Shown piece by piece: positions 7,802 to 17,049 of a DNA stretch of 17,049 bases (position 1 is its first letter; each line of letters starts with the position of its first letter). This stretch comes from Nitrospinota bacterium (GTDB taxonomy: Bacteria; UBA8248). The notes under the pieces are model-generated. The model worked only from the letters and a program-made list of their open reading frames with translations. It did no database searches and was not told where the DNA came from. The position numbers and the translations under genes are program-made. The DNA is taken from NCBI GenBank assembly GCA_030754595.1, contig JASLZZ010000113.1, forward strand, positions 1 through 17,049. Direction: 5' to 3'.

Positions 7802-7979
7802 CTATTCGGGCCTCTTGAGCTTTTGATGGAGCAGGTCCAGGCGGCGGCGGTTCGCAACGCAGCGCAAGGCCACCCCTTCGAGCTTCGACACCATGTCTTT
7901 AGCAAAGCTGGATGGTGGTGTCCCGCTCCTCGCGGAGTATCTGGTTCACCTCCTGAAGTAAACCGAGCAGTTCCTTCAC
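7802..7979 (-). pseudogene. Small (~58 aa) coiled-coil-like ORF split by a 1-bp frameshift (or sequencing error)
   Basis: GTG 7979 overlaps the upstream TAG (TAGTG) and has a GGAGGAG RBS. Reads MKELLGLLQEVNQILREERDTTIQL then TGC TAA. Removing one T from CTTT gives ...QLAKDMVSKLEGVALRCVANRRRLDLLHQKLKRPE to TAG 7804-7802. Confidence 0.6.
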
Positions 7980-8629
7980 TAGCCGTCTCCTCCGATGGGC
8001 TCAAAGAGCTGCTCCCTGATTATACCCATAAAAAGCTCGAGCGTGTTGTCCTCTCTCGGTTCGATATTCACCTGAAACTCGCCGCCGTCAGGGCTCGTGG
8101 CCGAAAAGTAGCCGTGCTTCTCGGGCAAAAACGAGGTGGCGTATTGGCTGAACTGCTCCGGGGAGAACTCCGGAAACGAGCGGGCCAGCGATAGAAGCGG
8201 AACCGAGACCTGGACCCCGAAATCCTGAAGCGTCAGGATCAGGCACGGCAGATCGGCCCCCTCGGGGTCGCTGACATCGAAGATAATGTTCTCGGCGTCC
8301 TCGACGCGCTCGCGCATCACCGGCGCGAACTGCGCCATCTCGCCGCGAAGCTCCGAGAGCAGCCTCTCCGAGGGGCCGGCCACCCCGGCGGCTTCACCGG
8401 CCCCGGACGATGGCCCGGACTCCGGCCCCTCGCCCTGCTCCTGGATGACCATGAGCACCTCGAGCGCCCGTTCCAGCGTCTCTGAAATCCGATCGAGGCG
8501 CTGGCCGTTCCGATCAATCCGCCGGCGAATCCCGTAGAGGGCGAACGGCAGCGCCGCCCAGACGAGGAAAAGAAAAATTCCCATCGAAGCCGCGAGCAGA
8601 AAAATCGGGTCCGTCAGAATCTCGATCAT
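7979..8629 (-). CDS. Hypothetical protein, N-terminal membrane anchor, short coiled coil, acidic globular C-terminal domain
   Basis: PIFLLAASMGIFLFLVWAALPFALYGI followed by RRR; GGAGGA RBS; host-like codon usage. Confidence 0.8.
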   Translation of the reverse strand: MIEILTDPIFLLAASMGIFLFLVWAALPFALYGIRRRIDRNGQRLDRISETLERALEVLMVIQEQGEGPESGPSSGAGEAAGVAGPSERLLSELRGEMAQFAPVMRERVEDAENIIFDVSDPEGADLPCLILTLQDFGVQVSVPLLSLARSFPEFSPEQFSQYATSFLPEKHGYFSATSPDGGEFQVNIEPREDNTLELFMGIIREQLFEPIGGDG

Positions 8630-8675
8630 CAGGTCCTCCGTGTAGCCCCCAATCCCGGAATCGATCAGGTGACTG

Positions 8676-8705
8676 ACTATAACAATATCTTTTACATATT
8701 ATGAA
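8676..8705 (-). promoter_or_regulatory. Putative sigma70 promoter (extended -10) for 8629-7979
   Basis: Minus strand: TTCATA, 18-bp spacer ending TGT, TATAGT (8681-8676), in an AT-rich patch. Confidence 0.5.
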
Positions 8706-8788
8706 GCGCTCCGGCCATATTTTATGCAGTCTCCCGCCCACTTGTATGACCCTCCCCGCCCCCATTTTGCCGAGTGGAATTTCCCGGG

Positions 8789-8818
8789 TTGACCGTCCAA
8801 ATCTGGCCCGCGTATAGT
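8789..8818 (+). promoter_or_regulatory. Putative sigma70 promoter for selA
   Basis: TTGACC (8789-8794), 18-bp spacer, TATAGT (8813-8818), 32 bp upstream of ATG 8851. Confidence 0.6.
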
Positions 8819-8850
8819 CGTGATCGACTCTGAAAAGGAAAGGCGGGGCG

Positions 8851-10323
<1,473 letters not shown>

Positions 10324-10395
10324 CGCTTTAAGTTATATTCCGCCGCCGCGCTGCGGTGATATTTTCTCTCACCCCATCATCTGGGAGGCGCCCTC

Positions 10396-11202
10396 ATGCC
10401 CATCGTCAACTCCGGCAGGATCGACATCGACTACGAAATCCTGAACCCGGACTCCCGGGCCACCCCCGTATTTTTCATCAGCGGGCTGAACGGAACGCGC
10501 GAGTCCTGGCCCCTCCAGGCCGAGCCCTTCTCGAAGGAGCACCCCGTCGTCCTCCACGACCACCGGGGGACGGGCAAAAGCGCCAAGCCCCCCGGCGTCT
10601 ACAGCGTCGAGAACATGGCGGGCGACGTCGCCGCCATCATGGACCACGCCGGGGTCGAGCAGGCCCACCTGGTCGGCAGCTCGACCGGCGGCGCGATCAT
10701 CCAGGTCCTCGCCATCGATCATCCCGCCAGGGTGAAGAGCGCCGCGATTTGCAGCTCCTGGCCCAGGTCCGACGCCTTTTTCGTCCGCCAGTTCACGATG
10801 CGGAAAAAAATCCTCCTCGAGATGGGCTGGGAGGACTACACCCGCCTCGCCTCCATCTCCCTTCACGCGCCCAAATTTTTCACCGACAACTTCGAGCGCC
10901 TCCAGGAAAAGGAAACCCTCGCCATCCAAAACGCCCCGCCCGCCGAAATCATGGCCGAGCGCATCGACGCCATCATCGCCCACGATCAGCTCGGCCGCCT
11001 GGGCCGAATCAACGCGCCCACCCTCGTCGCTGTCGCGCGGGACGACGCCTGCACCCCGCCCTACTACGCCGACCAGCTCGCCGAAAAAATCCCCGGCTCC
11101 CGGCTCCACCTTTTCGACTGGGGCGGGCACTTCGTCTACCTCGCCCGCCCGGAAGAATTCAACAACGCCATCAGGGCATTTATCGAGGAGAATGATGGAT
11201 AG
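10396..11202 (+). CDS. Alpha/beta-fold hydrolase (RutD/enol-lactonase-like)
   Basis: ISGLNG oxyanion loop, HDHRGTGKS, nucleophile elbow GSSTGG, acid ARDD, His in GGHF. GGAGG RBS. Confidence 0.9.
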   Translation: MPIVNSGRIDIDYEILNPDSRATPVFFISGLNGTRESWPLQAEPFSKEHPVVLHDHRGTGKSAKPPGVYSVENMAGDVAAIMDHAGVEQAHLVGSSTGGAIIQVLAIDHPARVKSAAICSSWPRSDAFFVRQFTMRKKILLEMGWEDYTRLASISLHAPKFFTDNFERLQEKETLAIQNAPPAEIMAERIDAIIAHDQLGRLGRINAPTLVAVARDDACTPPYYADQLAEKIPGSRLHLFDWGGHFVYLARPEEFNNAIRAFIEENDG

Positions 11203-13576
11203 CGACTGGCTAAAAGACACCCGCTGGAAGGGAGAGAAGGTCCCGCCCGAAAAGCTCCGGGAGATCCTCGAAGCGCATGAAAAGTTTTTGTCCTCGGACG
11301 GTTCGGAAGGTGAACGCGCGGACCTGAGCGGGGCACGCTTGTACAGGGCAGAGTTGAGCCGGGCAACCCTGGACGAAGCGGACTTTAGCGGGGCGACCCT
11401 GAGCCGGGCGAACCTGAGCGAGGCAAACCTGGTTGAAGTGAACTTGAACAAAGCGAACTTGATCGGAGCAGACCTGAACAGGGCGGACTTGGGCCGGGCA
11501 AACCTGAACGGGGCGGACCTGAGCAAAGCGGACCTGAGCGAGGCGAAACTGAACAAGGCGAAACTGAGACGGGCGGACATGAGCGGAGCGGACCTGGCCG
11601 AGGCGGACCTGAGCGGGGCGAACATGGACCAGGCGGACATGAGTGAGGCGAACATGAGCAAGGCACGCCTGACCGGGACAGAACTGAACTATGGGAACCT
11701 GAGCTGGGTGAACCTACGAGATACTGACCTGACCGGGGCGTCCCTGTACCGGACAGACTTGAGAAGAGCGGACCTGTTAAGAGCAGAATTGACCGGGGTA
11801 AATTTAATATACTCGAAACTCTCCGGCGCCCGGTTGGATGAAGCAATTTTCCTGAGGGCAAATCTGACGAACTCCGTTTTGTCGGAGGGGCCACCTCCGG
11901 AAAAAGATCAGGCCGAACTGGATCAGGAAGGCACGAAAGAACAAAATCAGTCTGATACGAAACCTGAAGACCTCCCCGACGCGACGGTAGCGGGGGCGTC
12001 TTTCGGCATGGCGAACCTCACCGGGGCCAAACTCCCTGCCTCCCTCAACGAGTTCCGGGACGCCCTCAAGAGCGTCGAGGACACATCGCGAAACGCGAGC
12101 TCGCTTTTTTTCGGGGTGCTCGGGCTTTGCGCCTACGCCCTGCTCGCGGCGGCCACCACTACCGACGGCCAACTCATCCTGAACATCATCAAGCTAAAGC
12201 TGCCCCTCATCGCGGCGGAGGTTTCCGTCCTCCTCTTCTTCATCGCCGCCCCCGTGCTAACGCTCCTGCTGTTCACCTACTTTCTGTTCTACCTCGCCCA
12301 CCTTTGTGAGCTGATGGCGGAGCTTCCCGCCGTCTTTCCGGACGGCCTCCCACTCCGGCGGAAGGTTTACCCGTGGATGCTCAACCTCGCCGTGGAGTGG
12401 TGGCAACGGGCCGAGCCGGACGAAAAACAGGAAAATGAAAACCGTAAGGACCCACCTGCCAGAATAAAGCGCGTGAGGGAGTGGATAAAATCCCTTTTTA
12501 ATTTCGAGCGAAATCAGGCCTGGTTCGCAGTCTTTCTGGCCTGGGGGCTGCTCCCGCTGACCGTCGCGATCATGGCCTACCGCTTTCTGGTTCGGCGCGA
12601 CATAATTTTGAGTGGTGTTTTCCTCGCGCTGGTCGTCATCGCCACGCTGTTTTCCTCGATCTTCTACGAGCGTGCCCGCGCCGCCTTGAGAAGCGAAAAA
12701 ACTGATGGACGGTTACGGAGGCCCCGCAAAATAGCCGTATACTTTTTTTTCATCGGAGGTCTCACCACCGTGCTCGGATTCTGGGGATTATTGCCCCTCA
12801 CGACGCCGAATATTCAGCTCAAGGGAGCGAATTTCGAGAGAAAGGTGTTCGGCGAGGTGAATCTCACCGGGGCGAATCTGAGCTTCGCGAAGCCCAAGGG
12901 CGCGGACATCCGGGGGGCGACTTTGGAGGAAGTGGATTTGTACCGAGCCGATCTCATGCAGGCTGACCTGTCCACCTTGGAAAAGTCGGCGAAAATGCGG
13001 GGGGCCAACCTGCGGAATGCAGATCTCGCCGAGGCGGTTTTAAGAAGCGCGGATTTGACCGGGGCGAATCTATTCAGAGCGAAACTGAACGAGGCGTATC
13101 TGTGGAAAGCAAATTCAAGAAATACGATCCTGATTGAAACGGAATTAAAAAATACGTTTCTGGTCGGCGTGAATATGAACAGTGCGAATATGATGAATGC
13201 AAAATTGAACGGGGCCAATCTGAATCTCGCGAAACTGAAAGAAGCCAATTTGAGCGGCGCGAAACTGAACGGGGCTAATCTGTCCTTCGCGGACCTGACA
13301 GGTGCGAAGTTAAACAACGCAGATTTGACTGGAGCCAGCTTTCTCGGAGCCGAGGGGCTAACAAAACCCCAAATTAAATCGGCCTGTGCGGATAAGACGG
13401 TGTTGTTACCTAAACGCCCCAAGGGGAGCAAGCTCCCTGACCTCAAGCAGCCGCCGAAGTGCCCCAAGAAAAATAACAACCACCTACAACCACCAACAAT
13501 CCATCGGGCGTTTTTTGCTACAATGAAACCATCCACACGGGACGCCGCCGGCGCGGGAATCACAGCCGTGCGCTAG
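11192..13576 (+). CDS. Pentapeptide-repeat protein with two repeat solenoids flanking a multi-pass (~5-6 TM) membrane domain
   Basis: A(D/N)LxxA repeats at about 11318-11885 and 12812-13350; hydrophobic helices between about 12100 and 12800. Start overlaps the hydrolase stop (GAGGAGAATGATGGATAG). Confidence 0.9.
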   Translation: MMDSDWLKDTRWKGEKVPPEKLREILEAHEKFLSSDGSEGERADLSGARLYRAELSRATLDEADFSGATLSRANLSEANLVEVNLNKANLIGADLNRADLGRANLNGADLSKADLSEAKLNKAKLRRADMSGADLAEADLSGANMDQADMSEANMSKARLTGTELNYGNLSWVNLRDTDLTGASLYRTDLRRADLLRAELTGVNLIYSKLSGARLDEAIFLRANLTNSVLSEGPPPEKDQAELDQEGTKEQNQSDTKPEDLPDATVAGASFGMANLTGAKLPASLNEFRDALKSVEDTSRNASSLFFGVLGLCAYALLAAATTTDGQLILNIIKLKLPLIAAEVSVLLFFIAAPVLTLLLFTYFLFYLAHLCELMAELPAVFPDGLPLRRKVYPWMLNLAVEWWQRAEPDEKQENENRKDPPARIKRVREWIKSLFNFERNQAWFAVFLAWGLLPLTVAIMAYRFLVRRDIILSGVFLALVVIATLFSSIFYERARAALRSEKTDGRLRRPRKIAVYFFFIGGLTTVLGFWGLLPLTTPNIQLKGANFERKVFGEVNLTGANLSFAKPKGADIRGATLEEVDLYRADLMQADLSTLEKSAKMRGANLRNADLAEAVLRSADLTGANLFRAKLNEAYLWKANSRNTILIETELKNTFLVGVNMNSANMMNAKLNGANLNLAKLKEANLSGAKLNGANLSFADLTGAKLNNADLTGASFLGAEGLTKPQIKSACADKTVLLPKRPKGSKLPDLKQPPKCPKKNNNHLQPPTIHRAFFATMKPSTRDAAGAGITAVR
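13516..13524 (+). promoter_or_regulatory. Possible extended -10 promoter for selB inside the 3' end of the pentapeptide ORF
   Basis: TGCTACAAT (TGn-TACAAT) after a T-tract, ~80 bp upstream of the selB GTG. Confidence 0.4.
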
Positions 13577-13601
13577 CGCCACACAACCGGGAAATTAGCC
13601 T

Positions 13602-15518
13602 GTGAAGCACATCATCATCGGGACGGCCGGGCACATCGACCACGGGAAGACCTCGCTCGTGCGCGCGCTAACGGGGACGGACACCGACCGGCTCAAGGAG
13701 GAAAAGGAGCGCGGCATCACGATCGAGCTGGGCTTCGCGCGGCTCGAGCTGGGCGAGATGAGCGCCGGGATCGTGGACGTGCCGGGCCACGAGCGCTTCG
13801 TGAAGAACATGCTCGCCGGGGCGGGAGGGATCGACATTGTCGCGCTCGTCATCGCAGCGGACGAGGGGGTGATGCCCCAGACGCGGGAGCATCTGGCGAT
13901 CTGCCGGCTGCTCGGAGTGAAAACCGGGCTCGTTGCGCTGACGAAGACCGACCTCGTCGAGGCGGACTGGATCGAGCTGGTGACCGACGATCTGGCGGAT
14001 TTCGTCGCGGGGACGTTTTTGGAGGGACAGCCGGTGGTGCCGGTGTCCTCCGAGACCGGGGAGGGGCTCGACCGGCTTAGAGAAGAACTCGCCCGGCTCG
14101 CCGAGGGGGCCGCCGCCAAGAGCGGCCGGGGGATCTTCCGGCTGCCCATCGACCGGGTGTTCACGATGCGGGGGTTCGGGGCGGTGGTGACGGGAACGCT
14201 CTTCAGCGGGTCGGTGAAGGTGGGCGACCGGGTACAGCTCTTTCCGGGCGCGGCGGAGGCGCGGGTGCGCGGGCTTCAGGTCCACGGCGAGGCGGTCGAG
14301 GAGGCCGCCGCCGGGACGCGAACGGCGGTGAACCTCCAGGGCATCGAGCGGATGGAGATCGAGCGCGGGGACGTGCTCGGCCGGGCGGGGGAGCTCAAGA
14401 GCACCTACATGCTCGACGTGCGCCTCGAGCATATCGCCGACGCCCCCCGCCCGCTCAGGCAGCGCGCCCGGGTGCGCTTCCACACCGGCACCTCGGAGGT
14501 CATGGGCCGGGTCTCGCTGATCGGGGCCGAGGAGTTCGAGCCGGGCGGGGAGTGCTTCGCGCAGATACGCCTCGAGGCGCCGGTGGCCGTCCTGCCGAGG
14601 GACCGCTTCGTCATCAGGAGCTACTCGCCCGTCGTCACCATCGGGGGCGGGGAGATTCTCGACGTCGCTCCCCGGAAGCACCGCCGCCTCCGCGCCTCCT
14701 CGATGGAGCGGTTCGAGGCGCTGAGTGAATCGGACGAGCCGGGGCGGCTCACCATCCTCTTGGGCGAGGCGGGTGTGAACGGAGCCGACACCGCCGCCCT
14801 CACCGGGCGGCTGACGCTCACCTCGGGTGAAATCCGCTCCGGGCTCTCCCAGCTTGCCCAGAAGGGCGGGGCGGTGACCGTCGAGGCAGACTCCGGGCTC
14901 TCCCTCACAAGCGGGCATTTTGATGCCCTTCAGGAATCGATCACGGATTTTCTCGCCGGGTACCACAAGGCGAACCCGCTGCGCCCCGGCGCTCCGAAAG
15001 AAGAGGCGCGCGGCAAGGGCGGGGGCGCGGGCGAGCGGGTCTTCAACGCGGCGCTCGGCGCGCTGACAGGGGCGGGCGCGGTGGCCGAGGAGGGCGGCCT
15101 GGTCCGCCTCGCCTCCCACAAGGTAAAAGTCGGGGCCGTTCTGGCGAAGATGAAGACCAAGCTCGAGGGGTTCTTCAGGGCGGCGAACTTTCAGCCCCCC
15201 GTCTTAAAGGAGGTGTTCGGGGCGGCGGGGACCCCCGGCGACTCGGGCAAGGAGGCGCTTCAGGTCCTCGTGGACGAGGGCGCGCTCATCCGCCTCAAGG
15301 AGGATCTGATCTACCACCGCGAGGCGGTGACGGCGGCGCAAGCGCGGCTCGTGGGCTACCTGAGCGACCGGGAGGACATCTCGGCGTCCGAGTTCCGCGA
15401 CCTCCTGGGCATCACGCGAAAACACGCGATCCCGCTGCTCGAGTATTTCGACACCGCGCGGGTTACCTTCCGGGTCGGGGACAAGCGCGTGCTGCGCTCC
15501 CGGCCCGGCGCGGATTAA
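13602..15518 (+). CDS. selB: Selenocysteine-specific translation elongation factor
   Basis: [71 protein letters not shown]-terminal SECIS-binding winged helix [20 protein letters not shown]. Confidence 0.98.
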   Translation: MKHIIIGTAGHIDHGKTSLVRALTGTDTDRLKEEKERGITIELGFARLELGEMSAGIVDVPGHERFVKNMLAGAGGIDIVALVIAADEGVMPQTREHLAICRLLGVKTGLVALTKTDLVEADWIELVTDDLADFVAGTFLEGQPVVPVSSETGEGLDRLREELARLAEGAAAKSGRGIFRLPIDRVFTMRGFGAVVTGTLFSGSVKVGDRVQLFPGAAEARVRGLQVHGEAVEEAAAGTRTAVNLQGIERMEIERGDVLGRAGELKSTYMLDVRLEHIADAPRPLRQRARVRFHTGTSEVMGRVSLIGAEEFEPGGECFAQIRLEAPVAVLPRDRFVIRSYSPVVTIGGGEILDVAPRKHRRLRASSMERFEALSESDEPGRLTILLGEAGVNGADTAALTGRLTLTSGEIRSGLSQLAQKGGAVTVEADSGLSLTSGHFDALQESITDFLAGYHKANPLRPGAPKEEARGKGGGAGERVFNAALGALTGAGAVAEEGGLVRLASHKVKVGAVLAKMKTKLEGFFRAANFQPPVLKEVFGAAGTPGDSGKEALQVLVDEGALIRLKEDLIYHREAVTAAQARLVGYLSDREDISASEFRDLLGITRKHAIPLLEYFDTARVTFRVGDKRVLRSRPGAD

Positions 15519-15552
15519 ACGCCCCTCACGCCGGAATTAGAACCAAAACCAT

Positions 15553-15680
15553 TCGCACGCCGCCGCGTGCGACCCTCTCAAGCGCACACTCCCGCTATTT
15601 CGGATCCAAGCCCATCGGCGAAATTCCACCGAATTTTCGCCTCCATCGGCAGATATTCGCCGATCCGGCGGGCATTTTTT
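15553..15680. terminator. Cluster of three hairpins and a T6 tract after selB
   Basis: TCGCACGC/GCGTGCGA (15553-15572); GGCGAAATTC/GAATTTTCGCC (15617-15641); ATCGGC/GCCGAT (15645-15664); TTTTTT at 15675-15680. Confidence 0.4.
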
Positions 15681-15874
15681 CTGGTATAGACCCACTAAAG
15701 CTTCATTTATTTCATCAAGTTGTCGACCGGAGAATCTTTTTATGGCGCAGCCCTCGCCTTCTATGGGGCATGGCCGCATAGTGCGGTCCAACAAAATAAG
15801 AAAGAAGAAACATCACGAGTAATCATCTGGAAGCGAAGCGAAACACTTTTCACTCTCTCGGAAGGAGCAAGGCC

Positions 15875-16878
15875 GTGGACTCTAGGCGTCTTACCGGATT
15901 CATCGCCGCTTTTTTGTGTGCGGCTCTCTTTTTCTTCCTCACCGCCGCGCCCAGGGCAGAGGCGGCGTGACGATCCAGGATGGGGACCGGTCACAGCCAA
16001 ATGCCTGGACGTTGTCGTTGCCAGCAAGGCAGACGGGGCCAATGTCCAGCAATGGTCGTGTCATGGCGGGAGCAATCAAAAGTGGGAACTTGTAAAAACC
16101 AACCAACCGTATTTCTTTATCAAGAGCGTCAACAGCGGCAAATGCCTGGACGTTATCGTTGCCAGCAAGACAGACGGGGCCAATGTCCAGCAATGGTCCT
16201 GTCATGGCGGGCCGAACCAAGAGTGGGTGTTTTTGGATGGTGTGCAGCTCTCCAATGACGTACATGTTCCGAACGTGGCGTACAAGACGCTGGCCCAGGC
16301 CCAGGCGGCGCTCACGGCGGTGGGTTTAGGCGCAAGCAGCCAGATCACATATCAACAAATCTTTAGTAACCAAGGGGACACGAGTAGAAACGGCCAGGTT
16401 GCCGCCCAGAACCCGGCCGCAGGCTCAACAACGGCTCCCGGAACCGTGGTCGCACTTAAACTTTTCCGAGTTATGGTAATGCTCCCGAACGTGATGGGCC
16501 AGACGCTGAACCAGGCCGATGCGGCGTTTGCGGCGGCGAAAGTGTCGGAAAATGGCGTCAAAGTCACAGTCATCCATCCGGAAGTCTTTAATAGACCGGA
16601 TCTCCACGACAAGGTGTTAACCCAGACGCCGGCCGGGAGTAGTAATCCAATTCTTTACGTGAATTCGGTCGCGATCACGGCAGGCAGAAACGTCAACCGG
16701 GTCCCCCACTACCATTCGAAAACGCTGGCCCAGCTTAAGGCGGAAATTACAAGTGGCGGGATGTCCTACACTGTGCACCAATTAGGTTTTTATTCCCCGT
16801 ATGCACCTCGAAGTTCAGTGTCATCTACAAACCCGAAAGGCGGGAGTATTGTGGCTCCTGGAACTGTTGTTAAGATGT
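15875..16878 (+). pseudogene. Disrupted secreted protein: signal peptide + two ricin-B (QxW) subdomains + three PASTA-like domains
   Basis: AAGGAG RBS then GTG 15875 gives MDSRRLTGFIAAFLCAALFFFLTAAPRAEAA, stopped by TGA 15968. Lectin repeats KCLDV...GANVQQWSCHGGxNQxW and PASTA repeats (VPNV...AQNPAAG; LPNVMGQT...TQTPAG; VPHY...STNPKGG) are in another frame. The 3' end runs into the terminal element. Confidence 0.78.
15998..16227 (+). repeat. Direct repeat of 89 bp, period 141 bp (duplicated ricin subdomain)
   Basis: 15998-16086 vs 16139-16227: 8 mismatches by manual alignment. Confidence 0.9.
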
Positions 16879-17049
16879 GGGAACCTCTAAAAACCGCCTA
16901 ACTTCCCCCGATTTTGTGTTATCGCAGCATTTTAGCCACAATTCATACCCATTTTCCATTTTATCTTCGGTCATCGGAACTCCGAAGAGCCTCCCGGTGG
17001 CCGGTTTTTCTCATGCGCGCGCAGGTATCCCGTCTCTGGCCAACCAGAC
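16879..17049 (-). mobile_element. Right, inverted copy of the terminal element with possible transposase C-terminus
   Basis: Starts GGGAACCTCTAAAAA and matches the reverse complement of 1-141 up to 17026. Minus frame 17049-17011 reads VWLARDGIPARA-TGA. Confidence 0.65.

Noticed and set aside
7642..8194. ORF-track calls 7642-8004 (-) and 7823-8194 (+)
   Set aside because: No RBS or protein-like composition; better explained by the frameshifted small ORF and the promoter at 7690-7730.
7620..8850. selC (tRNA-Sec) in intergenic regions near selA (also checked after selB)
   Set aside because: No TTCAAA anticodon loop, T-loop or acceptor stem found by eye on either strand.
11318..11885. Periodic GCGGACCTGAGC repeats as a CRISPR array
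   Set aside because: In-frame 15/30-bp coding periodicity with no unique spacers and no cas genes.
15968..16000. TGA after the signal peptide as a selenocysteine codon (tempting next to selAB)
   Set aside because: Read-through stays out of frame with the lectin domains. The only hairpin (GTGAC/GTCAC) is weak and includes the UGA itself, and there is no redox-motif context.
15998..16227. Repeat pair as a DGR template/variable repeat
   Set aside because: Mismatches are not confined to adenines of one copy, both copies are coding subdomains, and no reverse transcriptase is present.

Overview
GC-rich bacterial chromosomal segment, probably a whole contig, bounded at both ends by inverted copies of the same ~141-bp element (1-141 and 16879-17026). 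The element looks like the 3' end of an insertion sequence. Between the copies lie: an atypical single-domain response regulator; ychF; a DUF3604 PHP-like metallohydrolase; a PuuD-like C26 glutamine amidotransferase/hydrolase; a small membrane protein; a family III CoA-transferase; a DUF35-type Zn-ribbon/OB-fold protein fused to a histone-H1-like Lys/Ala tail, with a structured 5' leader; a membrane protein followed by a hidden frameshifted ~58-aa ORF; and a selenocysteine locus in which selA and selB are separated by an alpha/beta hydrolase and a membrane-embedded double pentapeptide-repeat protein. The last gene is a broken secreted ricin-lectin/PASTA gene: its signal peptide is out of frame and its 3' end runs into the right-hand element. 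I found no selC, selD, credible selenoprotein, tRNA, rRNA or CRISPR array. All calls come from reading motifs by eye; no searches were run.
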